NCBI GenBank assembly: GCA_050942735.1
Contig: JBMNNW010000004.1
Span: 29,632 to 93,631, forward strand
Direction: 5' to 3'
Length of the DNA stretch: 64,000 bases
DNA from: Armatimonadota bacterium
GTDB lineage: Bacteria > Armatimonadota > Zipacnadia > Zipacnadales > UBA5352
How positions within the stretch are numbered: position 1 is the stretch's first letter; each line of letters opens with the position of its first letter. Of the stretch, positions 9,113-17,867 are shown in pieces. The translations under genes and the position numbers were made by a program. The notes beneath the pieces are model-generated. The model made no database searches, was not told where the DNA came from, and saw only the letters and a program-made list of their open reading frames with translations.

Positions 9113-11103
9113 CGCTCATCAGCAGCGTTGCCGCGTGGCTGCAGCGACTGCACCGACTCGATTGCGAGTACCAGCAGCGCCAGCAGCGCGACCAGGGATG
9201 ATACGTCCGCCAGGCCCGCCCCCATCCGTCCGAGCAACGCGGGAAGCGCGTCCGCCTCAACGACGCTCGCCTCGAGAGGGCGCAGCCGCTCGAGCACCTC
9301 GCGGGCGGAGAGCCGGGTGGGGTCTGACTCAGCAGCGTCCAGGTTGACTGCAAAGGCCGCAATATCCTCCCCGGACGCCTGCAGCCTGAACGATCCCACC
9401 GTGCCCGGCGTGCATCGCCACCACGAATCCGTCACGTCGAGCGGCATCTCGTCGCCCTGGGCGCTGACCACGCGCAACTCCTCCGTTCCCGGCGGCAGCA
9501 GGCCCACGGTGGGCTCGCCAGGCGCACCGCCGAGGATCGTCGGTTCGGTGCCCGCGGCGAGGTGCAGCGCCAGCCTGTGCATCAGCGGCACGAACTCAGG
9601 CATTCGCACCAGGTCCGACCACGCGTCATCGGGAGCGGTGGCAAAGAGGATCGCGCGCCCTCGCCCCATCGCGCGCTCCAGCAGCGCCGGCGTTCCGTCA
9701 TCGTAGCGCGCGAGGGTGGTCAGCGCCGCCTTCTCCGCGATCTGCAGCCGCGGGATCGTCCCGAAGCGCGCCACCGTGAGGTCGCCTGCTCCCGGCATGG
9801 TGAAGCCCCACAGCGGCGGCCGCTCGATCGCAAGCTCTGCGAGCGAGGCCTCATCCTCGCGCGCGACCGGGTCGCCGATCGCCACCGCCGCGAAGCCCAG
9901 CGCATCGAGCGCTCGCCGATCTGCCGTCGCGAAGACGAGGACACCGGCACCGGCTTCCGCGCGCGCCTGCAGGTCTTCGATGGTCTGCTCCCGCAGACCC
10001 GGTCCCGTGACGATCGCGGCATCAACATCTCCGTCGACTGCATCTCCGCCGACGATCTCGACGGTCAGCCGTGGATCGCCCGCGGGATAGGGAGCCAGCG
10101 CCGCGGTGATGAAGCGGGTCCGCGAGGGCTCTCCGAGCACTGCGACGCGCAGTCGCTCCCGGACGAGCGTCGCGAAGATGCGGCGGTCATCTGATCTCAG
10201 CGCGTCGGAGGGGAGGCGGGCGGTCCAACTCTGCGATCCCGCGTGCTCAGGGTGCACCTCGACCGCCACCGGGGCGGACGCGTCGGGCAGCAGATCGAGC
10301 CCGACGGTGACTTCGTCCGCGTCTCCCTCGACCACCACCGGCACTCGCCCGGGGCTCGCTCCCCACGTGCGCGCCGTCAGCTCCAGCTCGATCGGCCGCC
10401 CGCGCAGGTGCACTCGATCTCGTGCAGACAGATCGGTCAAGGCGGAGTTGCCGTCCAGCTCGGCGCCCACGTCCACCGCGATGACGCTGGTCGATGCACT
10501 GCGGGCGGCGCGCACCGCGGTCAATGAGGTGGACTGCAGGTCGCTCAGCAGGACGATGCGCGCCGGGCGCGGTTCACGGTGCAGAAGCGCGGCGAGGTCC
10601 TCGCCCAGTCGAGCGCGCCGGTCCACGACCTCGGTGGAGGCGAGCACCCGTTCAGCCTCGCTCGCAACTGCGGTCATCGGGGCCCCACCGCCCACGACCA
10701 GCACGATCTCCTCTCCCTGCGGCAGCGCCTCGACGATCAGGCGCGCCGCATCCCGGGCACGATCGATGGGGCGCGGTCCGCTCATGCTCGCCGACATGCT
10801 CGGTGAGGTGTCGAGAACGATGGCCGTGGCCCCCGCCCGCTCGCCGAGGCCCGCAAGCGGCGGCCACGCGGTTATCGGCCCCGCGAGCACAACTGCCAGC
10901 AGCACCAGCGCCAGGCAGCGCAGGATCAGCGACACCACGCGCCGCAGGCGCGCGGTGCTGTGCCGCTCACTCTGCGCGCGCCGCAGCAGCATCAGCGATG
11001 GGAAACGCCGGGGGCGAGGGCGAGGGCGGCCGAAGAGGTGGATCAGGATCGGCACGATGATCGCCGCGGCCGCGGCCAGTCCGACAGGCGCTGCAAGCGT
11101 CAT
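9109..11103 (-). CDS. BatA-type N-terminal double-transmembrane domain protein with VWA domain
   Basis: Start at MTLAAP (ATG 11103). N-terminus VPILIHLFGRPRPRPRRFPSLMLL matches the aerotolerance BatA N-terminal double-TM domain. vWA-like region (IVLDTSPSMS). C-terminal TM. Confidence 0.75.
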   Translation of the reverse strand: MTLAAPVGLAAAAAIIVPILIHLFGRPRPRPRRFPSLMLLRRAQSERHSTARLRRVVSLILRCLALVLLAVVLAGPITAWPPLAGLGERAGATAIVLDTSPSMSASMSGPRPIDRARDAARLIVEALPQGEEIVLVVGGGAPMTAVASEAERVLASTEVVDRRARLGEDLAALLHREPRPARIVLLSDLQSTSLTAVRAARSASTSVIAVDVGAELDGNSALTDLSARDRVHLRGRPIELELTARTWGASPGRVPVVVEGDADEVTVGLDLLPDASAPVAVEVHPEHAGSQSWTARLPSDALRSDDRRIFATLVRERLRVAVLGEPSRTRFITAALAPYPAGDPRLTVEIVGGDAVDGDVDAAIVTGPGLREQTIEDLQARAEAGAGVLVFATADRRALDALGFAAVAIGDPVAREDEASLAELAIERPPLWGFTMPGAGDLTVARFGTIPRLQIAEKAALTTLARYDDGTPALLERAMGRGRAILFATAPDDAWSDLVRMPEFVPLMHRLALHLAAGTEPTILGGAPGEPTVGLLPPGTEELRVVSAQGDEMPLDVTDSWWRCTPGTVGSFRLQASGEDIAAFAVNLDAAESDPTRLSAREVLERLRPLEASVVEADALPALLGRMGAGLADVSSLVALLALLVLAIESVQSLQPRGNAADER

Positions 11104-11224
11104 CTCAGGGCCACCCGACCGATGGCGAGAGCGCACGGAGCTGCTCCGGGAAGGCAGACGGCATCCGTGCGCCACTCGATCGCGATTCCCTTCGGAATCG
11201 CAGGCAAAGAAACATGCGCTGCCA

Positions 11225-12505
11225 TCAGGAGGCCCCGGCGAGCGGCATTCGGATGGAGAAGTGCGTTCCGTCTGCGTCGGCCGAGATGCTCAGGGAAACG
11301 CCAATACGCTCGGCCAGCGTCGCGCACAGCGGCAGGCCCATCAGGGGTGGCGCAAGCGCATCCAGCGCATCATCAGAGGCAGGCGGCGTCGGCCGCGGCC
11401 GAATGTCCGCAGTGACCTCCGGTCCCGAGTCGCTTATCGTGATGACGAGATCATCGTCCTCCCGGCAGGCGTTCACGTGGACGATTCCCCCCTGTTCGCT
11501 CCGGTCCATGCTGTTGAGGATCAGGTGGTAGATGATCTGCTTGAACGCCCTCTCATCGGTCTCGACGTCCGGCAGGCCCTCCTCGAACGTCACGTCCATC
11601 TGCAACTCCTCGCGGCGCGCCTGTCCCGAAAGAAGGTTCTCCATGCGGCGGATCATCTCCACCGGCGGAAGCGGTGTCACCTCTCCGGTGAGGTAGTAAC
11701 TGCGACTGCGTCCGACATCCAGGATGTCGTTGATCAGCCGCAGCATTCGCTGCCCGCCCTCATGACACTCTTGCGCCGCATCGAGCTGGTTGTCGGCCAG
11801 TTCGCCGAGTGTTCCGGTGGTCAGCAGTTCCGAGAAGCCCATCACGACGTTCAGCGGGGTGCGCAGTTCGTGGCTGATATTCGACATCAGCCTCTCCTGT
11901 ACGCGGGCGAACTCCGCGACCGCCTCGTTCACCTCATTGCTCTGAAAGCCGACGATCACGAACCGCGTGTCCCCCGCCTCGTGCAGGCGAGCGGTCATCC
12001 GCATGATCTGCGGCCCCTTCGAATGCGTCCGCACGGGGCAGCCGTCCACCTCGGTTACACCGGACTCAAGTGCCGAGCGCCAGATCCGCCGACACTCCTC
12101 GGGAGAGCCCTTGCTGAGCAATTCGGTGAAATGACTGCCCACTGTCAGGCGGGCGGGCCCGAGGATCTCGCCCGCGCTCGCGTTGGCGGCCAGGATCCGT
12201 CCACTGTGAGTGTCCACGGCGACCGCGGGCACGAAAGCCGCCTCAACGATCACATCGATTGACTGTCCACCAGTGCTCTGCGTCTCCGGGCCGACAAGGT
12301 AGAGGAGGATCAGCACCAGTGAGGTCCCGGCTATGATGATGACGGGCAGACCCACCAGGGCGGCCGGACGCACACTGATCAGGTGGGCGGCCACCGACAT
12401 GACAAGCACCAGCGCAAGCAGAATCGCAGTGGCATAGAGCAACGCGCGGCGGCTCTGCGATGCCCCTGCCTCCCGCGACGACCTGACTGAACCCGGATCC
12501 GCCAA
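11225..12505 (-). CDS. Sensor histidine kinase (TM-PAS-HisKA-HATPase)
   Basis: Two N-terminal TM helices, a PAS-like region, H-box SHELRTPLN and a C-terminal ATPase domain. No response regulator adjacent. Confidence 0.85.
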   Translation of the reverse strand: MADPGSVRSSREAGASQSRRALLYATAILLALVLVMSVAAHLISVRPAALVGLPVIIIAGTSLVLILLYLVGPETQSTGGQSIDVIVEAAFVPAVAVDTHSGRILAANASAGEILGPARLTVGSHFTELLSKGSPEECRRIWRSALESGVTEVDGCPVRTHSKGPQIMRMTARLHEAGDTRFVIVGFQSNEVNEAVAEFARVQERLMSNISHELRTPLNVVMGFSELLTTGTLGELADNQLDAAQECHEGGQRMLRLINDILDVGRSRSYYLTGEVTPLPPVEMIRRMENLLSGQARREELQMDVTFEEGLPDVETDERAFKQIIYHLILNSMDRSEQGGIVHVNACREDDDLVITISDSGPEVTADIRPRPTPPASDDALDALAPPLMGLPLCATLAERIGVSLSISADADGTHFSIRMPLAGAS

Positions 12506-12703
12506 GTGCGAGCGCCTCCCTCAAAGTCCTGGGCAACCTCGCCGGCCGTCCGCCCCTCGCGGCCTGCGATGCTGACGCGGTGAGCTTACGTCGCATTCTT
12601 CGAGTAACCGTCAATGCCCTCCACGGCACCCTGACACGTTCACTCCACACTAAGCACGTCGCCCGCGGGCAGCTTTCCGGGAAACGTCCTCCGATCCCGG
12701 CGG

Positions 12704-13588
12704 CTACCCTCCCCGGCGAAGACCGACTCGAATGTCGTGCGCGAGGAGCCGTGCGGCGTAGCCGAGCCTCAGCAGCGCGATCGCGCCCTGATACTTCCAC
12801 CACGCCATCCTCCCCCGGTAGTGCTTGCGATAGAATCTCAGAAAGCTCCGATGCGACTCTCTGAGCATCCTTCGACGCACCTGACCTGTGGAGGCCCCTC
12901 CGACATGATCCATCGACGCCTCCGGCGTGAACCAGACCTCCCAGCCGGCATCCCACAGCCGCTTGCACAGGTCCACGTCATTGAAGAAGATCGGGAACTG
13001 CTCGTCCATCACGCCCATCTCCTTCAGCGCCTCCCCGCGGACGGTGATTGCGGACGCCATCGGTTGATCGACGGTCCGCTCATCGTCGTAGTTCCACCAG
13101 GTCATCCGGTATTTCCCGAACCTTCGGCTGCGCGGGAAGAGTCTGCTCAGTCCGAGAGCTTCATAGAGGACCACGTCGGGCGTCGGAAAGCTCCGGCAAC
13201 TCGCCTGCACCGAGCCGTCGGGGAGGATCAGTCGCGGAGCGACCGCGCCCGCCTGCGGATGGCTCTGCAAGAATCGCGCCAGCGTGTCTAATGCACCCTC
13301 ATGCACCACGATGTCAGGGTTCAGCAGCAGCAGGTGCTCGCCACGCGCCAGCGCGATCCCCTGGTTGTTCGCCGCCGCGTAGCCGCGATTGTCATCGTTC
13401 GCGATCAGCGTCACGTCCGGGTACCGCCGGGCGACCATCTCCGCGGTCCCGTCGGCAGATGCGTTGTCCACTACGATGACCTCCCGCGTCACCACATCGG
13501 GAGCATGATCGATGCTCCGCAGACAGGCGTCAAGGTAGTCTCGCGTGTTCCATGACACGATGACGATCGAGAGAGTCGGCCCGCTCAT
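12704..13588 (-). CDS. Family 2 glycosyltransferase (GT-A)
   Basis: LSIVIVSWNTRDYL...VVDNASADGT N-terminus with DxD-type motifs. Start overlaps the stop of the upstream GT4 (ATGA). Confidence 0.85.
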   Translation of the reverse strand: MSGPTLSIVIVSWNTRDYLDACLRSIDHAPDVVTREVIVVDNASADGTAEMVARRYPDVTLIANDDNRGYAAANNQGIALARGEHLLLLNPDIVVHEGALDTLARFLQSHPQAGAVAPRLILPDGSVQASCRSFPTPDVVLYEALGLSRLFPRSRRFGKYRMTWWNYDDERTVDQPMASAITVRGEALKEMGVMDEQFPIFFNDVDLCKRLWDAGWEVWFTPEASMDHVGGASTGQVRRRMLRESHRSFLRFYRKHYRGRMAWWKYQGAIALLRLGYAARLLAHDIRVGLRRGG

Positions 13589-14733
13589 ACTCGCGCCACC
13601 GCCCGCTCGTAGCCCGCGATGGTCCTCCGTGCTGTCTCCTCCCAGTCAAACGCACTCAGCCGGGCCAGCCCTCGCGCGGAGAGCGCGGCGCGCAGGTCCG
13701 CGTCGTCCAACAGACGCAGAAGGCCGTCGGCGATGGCATCCTCGTCACGCGGGTCCACCAGCACTGCGGCATCCCCCACGACCTCCGGCAGCGCCGAAAG
13801 GTTCGCGGCGACCACCGGTGTCCCGCACGCGAAGGCCTCCAGCACCGGGATCCCGAAGCCCTCATAGAGCGAAGGGAAGAGGAAGACGTCCGCGCCGGCG
13901 TAGAGACTCGGCAGGTCTGCGTCCGCGACGTACCCGATCGGCTGCACGTCCTCTCCGGCCGCGTCGATTGCCCGCTCGGTCTCGCCCGCCTGCCAGCCAC
14001 GCTTCCCGACGATCACCAGCCGGTGCGGCAGGCCCTCCCGTGACCTGGCTGCTGAGAAGGCGCGGATCGCGCGTGGGAGGTTCTTGCGCGGCTGTCGCAC
14101 CCCGACGAAGAGCACGTAGGGTTGCCGGACCCCGTGATGCTCGAGCACCTCCGGCACGCGCTGAGGGTCGGGCGGCCCGAAGCCTGGAGGCAGTGCGTTG
14201 TGTGTCACCGTGATGAGGTCGGGTTCAACGCCGTAGACCGCCTCAATGTCCGCGCGGGTACACTCGGATACCGCAAAGACGTGCCGCGCCACGGGCAGTG
14301 TTGCGCGCAGGCCCAGGTCGAGCACGAGTCGATCCTTCAGCGAGAACCACTCAGGAAAAAGCCGGAAGCTGATGTCATGCACGGTCGTTACGAGCGCCGG
14401 CCTGCTGATGCGCGGACCGTTGTACTGCACGTGCAGAACGTCCAGGCCCAGTTCGCGCGCGGCGCGGGGCAGCGCCAGCAGCGTCCAGAGCCGCGAGTTC
14501 CTCGCGGAGATGACCTGCGTGCGCCAGCCCTCGAGCAGTCTTCCGCCACGTATGCAGGGCAGGTCGCCGGGCGGCTCGCGGTCGAAGAAGAGCACGAACT
14601 GATGCTCCGTCCCCCCGCCATCTCGCACGCGAGCGAGGCCGTCGATCAGCCCCAGTGTGTAACTGCGGTCGCCGGTCTTGGGGTAGGAGACCGCGCGGGC
14701 GTCGATCCCAATGCGCAGGCTCCGATGATGCAT
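13585..14733 (-). CDS. Family 4 glycosyltransferase (GT-B, GT1 superfamily)
   Basis: C-terminal EGFGIPVLEAFACGTPVVA motif characteristic of GT4 enzymes. 382 aa. Confidence 0.85.
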   Translation of the reverse strand: MHHRSLRIGIDARAVSYPKTGDRSYTLGLIDGLARVRDGGGTEHQFVLFFDREPPGDLPCIRGGRLLEGWRTQVISARNSRLWTLLALPRAARELGLDVLHVQYNGPRISRPALVTTVHDISFRLFPEWFSLKDRLVLDLGLRATLPVARHVFAVSECTRADIEAVYGVEPDLITVTHNALPPGFGPPDPQRVPEVLEHHGVRQPYVLFVGVRQPRKNLPRAIRAFSAARSREGLPHRLVIVGKRGWQAGETERAIDAAGEDVQPIGYVADADLPSLYAGADVFLFPSLYEGFGIPVLEAFACGTPVVAANLSALPEVVGDAAVLVDPRDEDAIADGLLRLLDDADLRAALSARGLARLSAFDWEETARRTIAGYERAVARV

Positions 14734-14734
14734 C

Positions 14735-15700
14735 TCAGACCTCCCGGCCCCTCGTGGCGAAGAACGTCTCTTCCATCGCGATGGCGGTCTCGGCCACCCT
14801 GAAGTGAAGCTCGTGGTCGCTGATCAACTCGCGCTGCTCCCCGAGCACGGGCGCCATGATGTTCCAGAAGCTTCCTCGCAGCAGCCCGCCGGACATCACC
14901 AGCAGCCTCTGGGCCACCTCGGCGAGGTGCCCGTAGTGCTTGCCGAAGAAGCGGAAGGTCGCCCGGTGCGAGGCGATGATGCGGTCCTCTGAGGCGTCGG
15001 CCCAGCTTCCGGCCTCATGGTGCATGATCTCGGCGGAGGGCAGGTACCAGCGGTCGTAGCCGGCCTGCGCGAGACGGTGGCACCAGTCAACATCCTCAGC
15101 GTACATGAAGTACCCCTCATCAAGCGGCCCGACACGTTCCCAGACCGCCCGCGTCGTTGCAATGCACACGCCTGAGAGCCAGTCCACCGGCCGCGGCTCG
15201 GCGTGGTCCCACCACGTCATGTCATACGCGCCGAAGATGCGGCTGCGCGGAAACGCTCGATGCAGGCCAAGCTGGGCCACGAAAGTCAACCACGGCCGCG
15301 GGAATGCGTGACAGGTGTGCTGCAGGCGGCCATCAGGGCCGCGAACCGCCGGACCGCACGCCCCCACCTCGGGCCGCTCCCGAACGAAGCGCGCAAGCCT
15401 CTCCAGCGAGTCGGGGCCGACCTCCGTGTCGGGGTTCAGCAGCACAAAGGTGTCGGCGGCGGCCTGCTCGACCGCCAGGTTCGTCCCGCCCGCGAAGCCG
15501 AGGTTCTCCTCGCTGGCGACGGTCCGCACCTCCGGGAAGTCGGCACCGAGCATCTCCACGGTCCCGTCCGCCGAAGCGTTGTCAACCACGATGATCTCGA
15601 CCACGAGGGCTCCGGCTGTCCGCTCGATGCTCCGGAGGCACTCGGCGAGCAGTTCGCGGCAGTTGTAGGAGACGATACAGACGGACAGGTCGGCGCTCAG
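14735..15700 (-). CDS. Family 2 glycosyltransferase (GT-A), probable non-ATG (CTG) start
   Basis: Reading frame is open upstream of the first ATG and encodes the canonical GT2 N-terminus LSVCIVSYNCREL...VVDNASADGT. A CTG at 15700-15698 overlaps the TGA of the upstream gene (CTGA). Confidence 0.75.
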   Translation of the reverse strand: MSADLSVCIVSYNCRELLAECLRSIERTAGALVVEIIVVDNASADGTVEMLGADFPEVRTVASEENLGFAGGTNLAVEQAAADTFVLLNPDTEVGPDSLERLARFVRERPEVGACGPAVRGPDGRLQHTCHAFPRPWLTFVAQLGLHRAFPRSRIFGAYDMTWWDHAEPRPVDWLSGVCIATTRAVWERVGPLDEGYFMYAEDVDWCHRLAQAGYDRWYLPSAEIMHHEAGSWADASEDRIIASHRATFRFFGKHYGHLAEVAQRLLVMSGGLLRGSFWNIMAPVLGEQRELISDHELHFRVAETAIAMEETFFATRGREV

Positions 15701-16187
15701 TCGGATCGCCCCCCGGCTTCACCACGGCGAGTGAGCTGCTCAACGATGGCGTCACAGATCTCGCGCACCGCGCCGAATCCCCCGGGGCGGCGCGTGACCC
15801 AGTCCGCCTCCTCCCTCACCACGTCCACCGCGTCGGCCACGGCCACTCCAAGCCCCACCATGTGCAGAGCGGGCAGGTCGCTGATGTCGTCGCCGACGTA
15901 GACCGCACTTTCGGCCGGAAGCCCCGTCTCCTCAAGCAGTTCGCGCACGGCGGTCTGCTTGTCCATCCGGCCGAGCACGACGTACTGTATCCGCAGCACG
16001 TCGCAGCGCGCGGCACTGATCGCCGACTGATCGCCGCTGACCACCGCCGTCGGGAAGCCCATCTCGGCCAGCCGCACCAGCCCGAGGCCGTCCTTCACGT
16101 CGAATCGCTTCATCGCCTGCCCCGAAGCGTCGAAGTACATTCCTCCGTCGGTCATCACACCATCACAATCAAGCATCAGGATCCGCA
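15697..16187 (-). CDS. HAD-IIIA KdsC/YrbI-type sugar-acid phosphate phosphatase
   Basis: LMLDCDGVMTDG...KDG...GDD.SD...GAVRE motifs of 3-deoxy-manno-octulosonate-8-phosphate phosphatase family. The long ORF (to 16521) overlaps the neighbouring gene, so start is placed at VRILM. Confidence 0.75.
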
Positions 16188-16235
16188 CCGGGTCGGGCAG
16201 CGGAATCCGCGCACCGCAGACCTCTGTCACTGGAT

Positions 16236-17867
16236 CTATCCTCCATCCGTCAGGCAAAAGACGTAGAGCAGGGACACTCCGTGCTCCTCGACGGTCCCGC
16301 AGGGCTCCCGCGTGGCAAGCAACCGCCGGGAGTGCGGTGAGAACTCCGTGCTCTTGTTCTGAAAGACTGCGTAGTCCGCCCCGGCAATCGCCGCTTCCCC
16401 CGCGGTTGTGCGGATGTCGCCGCGCATGATGCCGAGATGCTGGTACATGCGCATCGTCGCCTCCACCCCCGGCGGCTCGATCCACGCGACCGCTCCCGGC
16501 GGAGCGTATTCGTTGAGCCACAGCGCCGCGTCGAGATAGGTCTCTCCCCAGTATGTCGGCTCCATCCCAGCCTCCGACGCCCCGGGGAGACCGCCGATCA
16601 GCATGTTGTAGTAGCTGAGTTGATGGGGATGGTAGCTCAGGACTGCCCGCAGCGGGAGAGCGAGTACAAGCGCCAACACCACGATCGCCGCGATCTGCGG
16701 CAGCCGCTCCCCCACCTCGACTGCCCGCTGCTCCAACTCCGCCCGCGCCGCCCGCGCCACCCAGCCGATCCCCACTCCGGCCAGCAGCGCGATCAGCGGG
16801 AAGACCGGCTGGAAGAGCCGCACCCCATTGTACTTCGGGGTCCCCGGCAATGAGTTAAGCACGAAGTTGATCAGCAGCGCCCACCCCAGGAGCGCTCCGA
16901 GCGCCTTCCGCTGAAATGCCTCATCGGCCCAACGCTCGCGCAGTCCCGCCAGATCTCCTGCCACTGATTCCGTGAGAGTCCGCGCGGCACCTGCAAGCGC
17001 GGCCAGCAAGGTCACGACCGGCGTGGTGATCGAGGTCATCACGATCGGGTAGTGCCACGGAGCGGGCGCATAGCGCTCGCCGAAGTACGTCACGTGAATC
17101 TGCCAGTGCCGAAAGTGAAAGGCCATGTACGCTCCAAGCCGCGTGATCGTGTCGTACCACAGCCACGGCCACGTGACCACAAACGTCAGCGGCCCCACCG
17201 TAGCGCCACAGACGACCGCGCGAATGAGCGTGTCTCGGGCATAGACCGCCATCCATGGCACGACGATCAGGGGGATGAAGAACGCGTTGACCTTAATGCT
17301 CAGCGCCACTCCCCAGACGGCGGCCGCGGCGGCTGCCCATCCCCAACTTCTGTGCCGCGCCGCGAGGAAAAAGAAGCTCAGTGAGATGAACGTCGCGGCC
17401 ATCACGGGCGCATCGAGGGCGAAGAGATGGGCGTGCGCGAAGGTGCGCGGCAGCGTCATCAGCGCGCCCACCGCCGCGACTCCCTCCAGCCGCCCCCACA
17501 CCGATGACGTCAGCAGGTAGAGCACCGCGCACGCCGCGCCCACCAGCAGATGGGTCCCAAAGCGCAGCGCGGCGAGGGTCGGCAGCACACCCGCCACCAG
17601 CGGCGTCGTCACCGCGCCCCACGTCTTGATGAAGCCCGGCTGCTGCTCGCTGCGCGCGTCCCAGTAGCGACGGATCCCCTCCTCACTGAACGCGGCCCCC
17701 GGATCGATCGTCACCAACCGCAGCCACGCGGACGCCTCCTGCATCCGCCCCATGTACACGGGCTCATCGTAGCCGAGCCCGTAGCTGTGCGCGGTCGTCG
17801 CGAGGATCACGACGACCACCGCGAAGACCGCACCCGCCTCGAGTCCTCGACGCAGTCTCAGGCTCAT
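16236..17867 (-). CDS. GT-C fold membrane glycosyltransferase, ArnT/PMT (GT39/GT83)-like
   Basis: About 11 TM helices with periplasmic loops, typical of polyprenyl-P-sugar-dependent transferases. Start ATGA-overlaps the upstream YfhO stop. Confidence 0.7.
   Translation of the reverse strand: MSLRLRRGLEAGAVFAVVVVILATTAHSYGLGYDEPVYMGRMQEASAWLRLVTIDPGAAFSEEGIRRYWDARSEQQPGFIKTWGAVTTPLVAGVLPTLAALRFGTHLLVGAACAVLYLLTSSVWGRLEGVAAVGALMTLPRTFAHAHLFALDAPVMAATFISLSFFFLAARHRSWGWAAAAAAVWGVALSIKVNAFFIPLIVVPWMAVYARDTLIRAVVCGATVGPLTFVVTWPWLWYDTITRLGAYMAFHFRHWQIHVTYFGERYAPAPWHYPIVMTSITTPVVTLLAALAGAARTLTESVAGDLAGLRERWADEAFQRKALGALLGWALLINFVLNSLPGTPKYNGVRLFQPVFPLIALLAGVGIGWVARAARAELEQRAVEVGERLPQIAAIVVLALVLALPLRAVLSYHPHQLSYYNMLIGGLPGASEAGMEPTYWGETYLDAALWLNEYAPPGAVAWIEPPGVEATMRMYQHLGIMRGDIRTTAGEAAIAGADYAVFQNKSTEFSPHSRRLLATREPCGTVEEHGVSLLYVFCLTDGG

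Noticed and set aside
8237-9706. 489-aa plus-strand ORF (and similar long ORFs at 10106-12262, 590-1426, 19280-20230, 56119-56820 and others)
   Set aside because: Arg/Ser/Pro/Ala-rich low-complexity translations lying antisense to or out of frame with well-supported genes. These are typical shadow ORFs of high-GC DNA.
16188-16521. N-terminal 110 aa of the 274-aa KdsC ORF
   Set aside because: Gly/Arg-rich, no homology features, and overlaps the upstream GT39 gene. The HAD motif I (DCDGV) defines the true start region.
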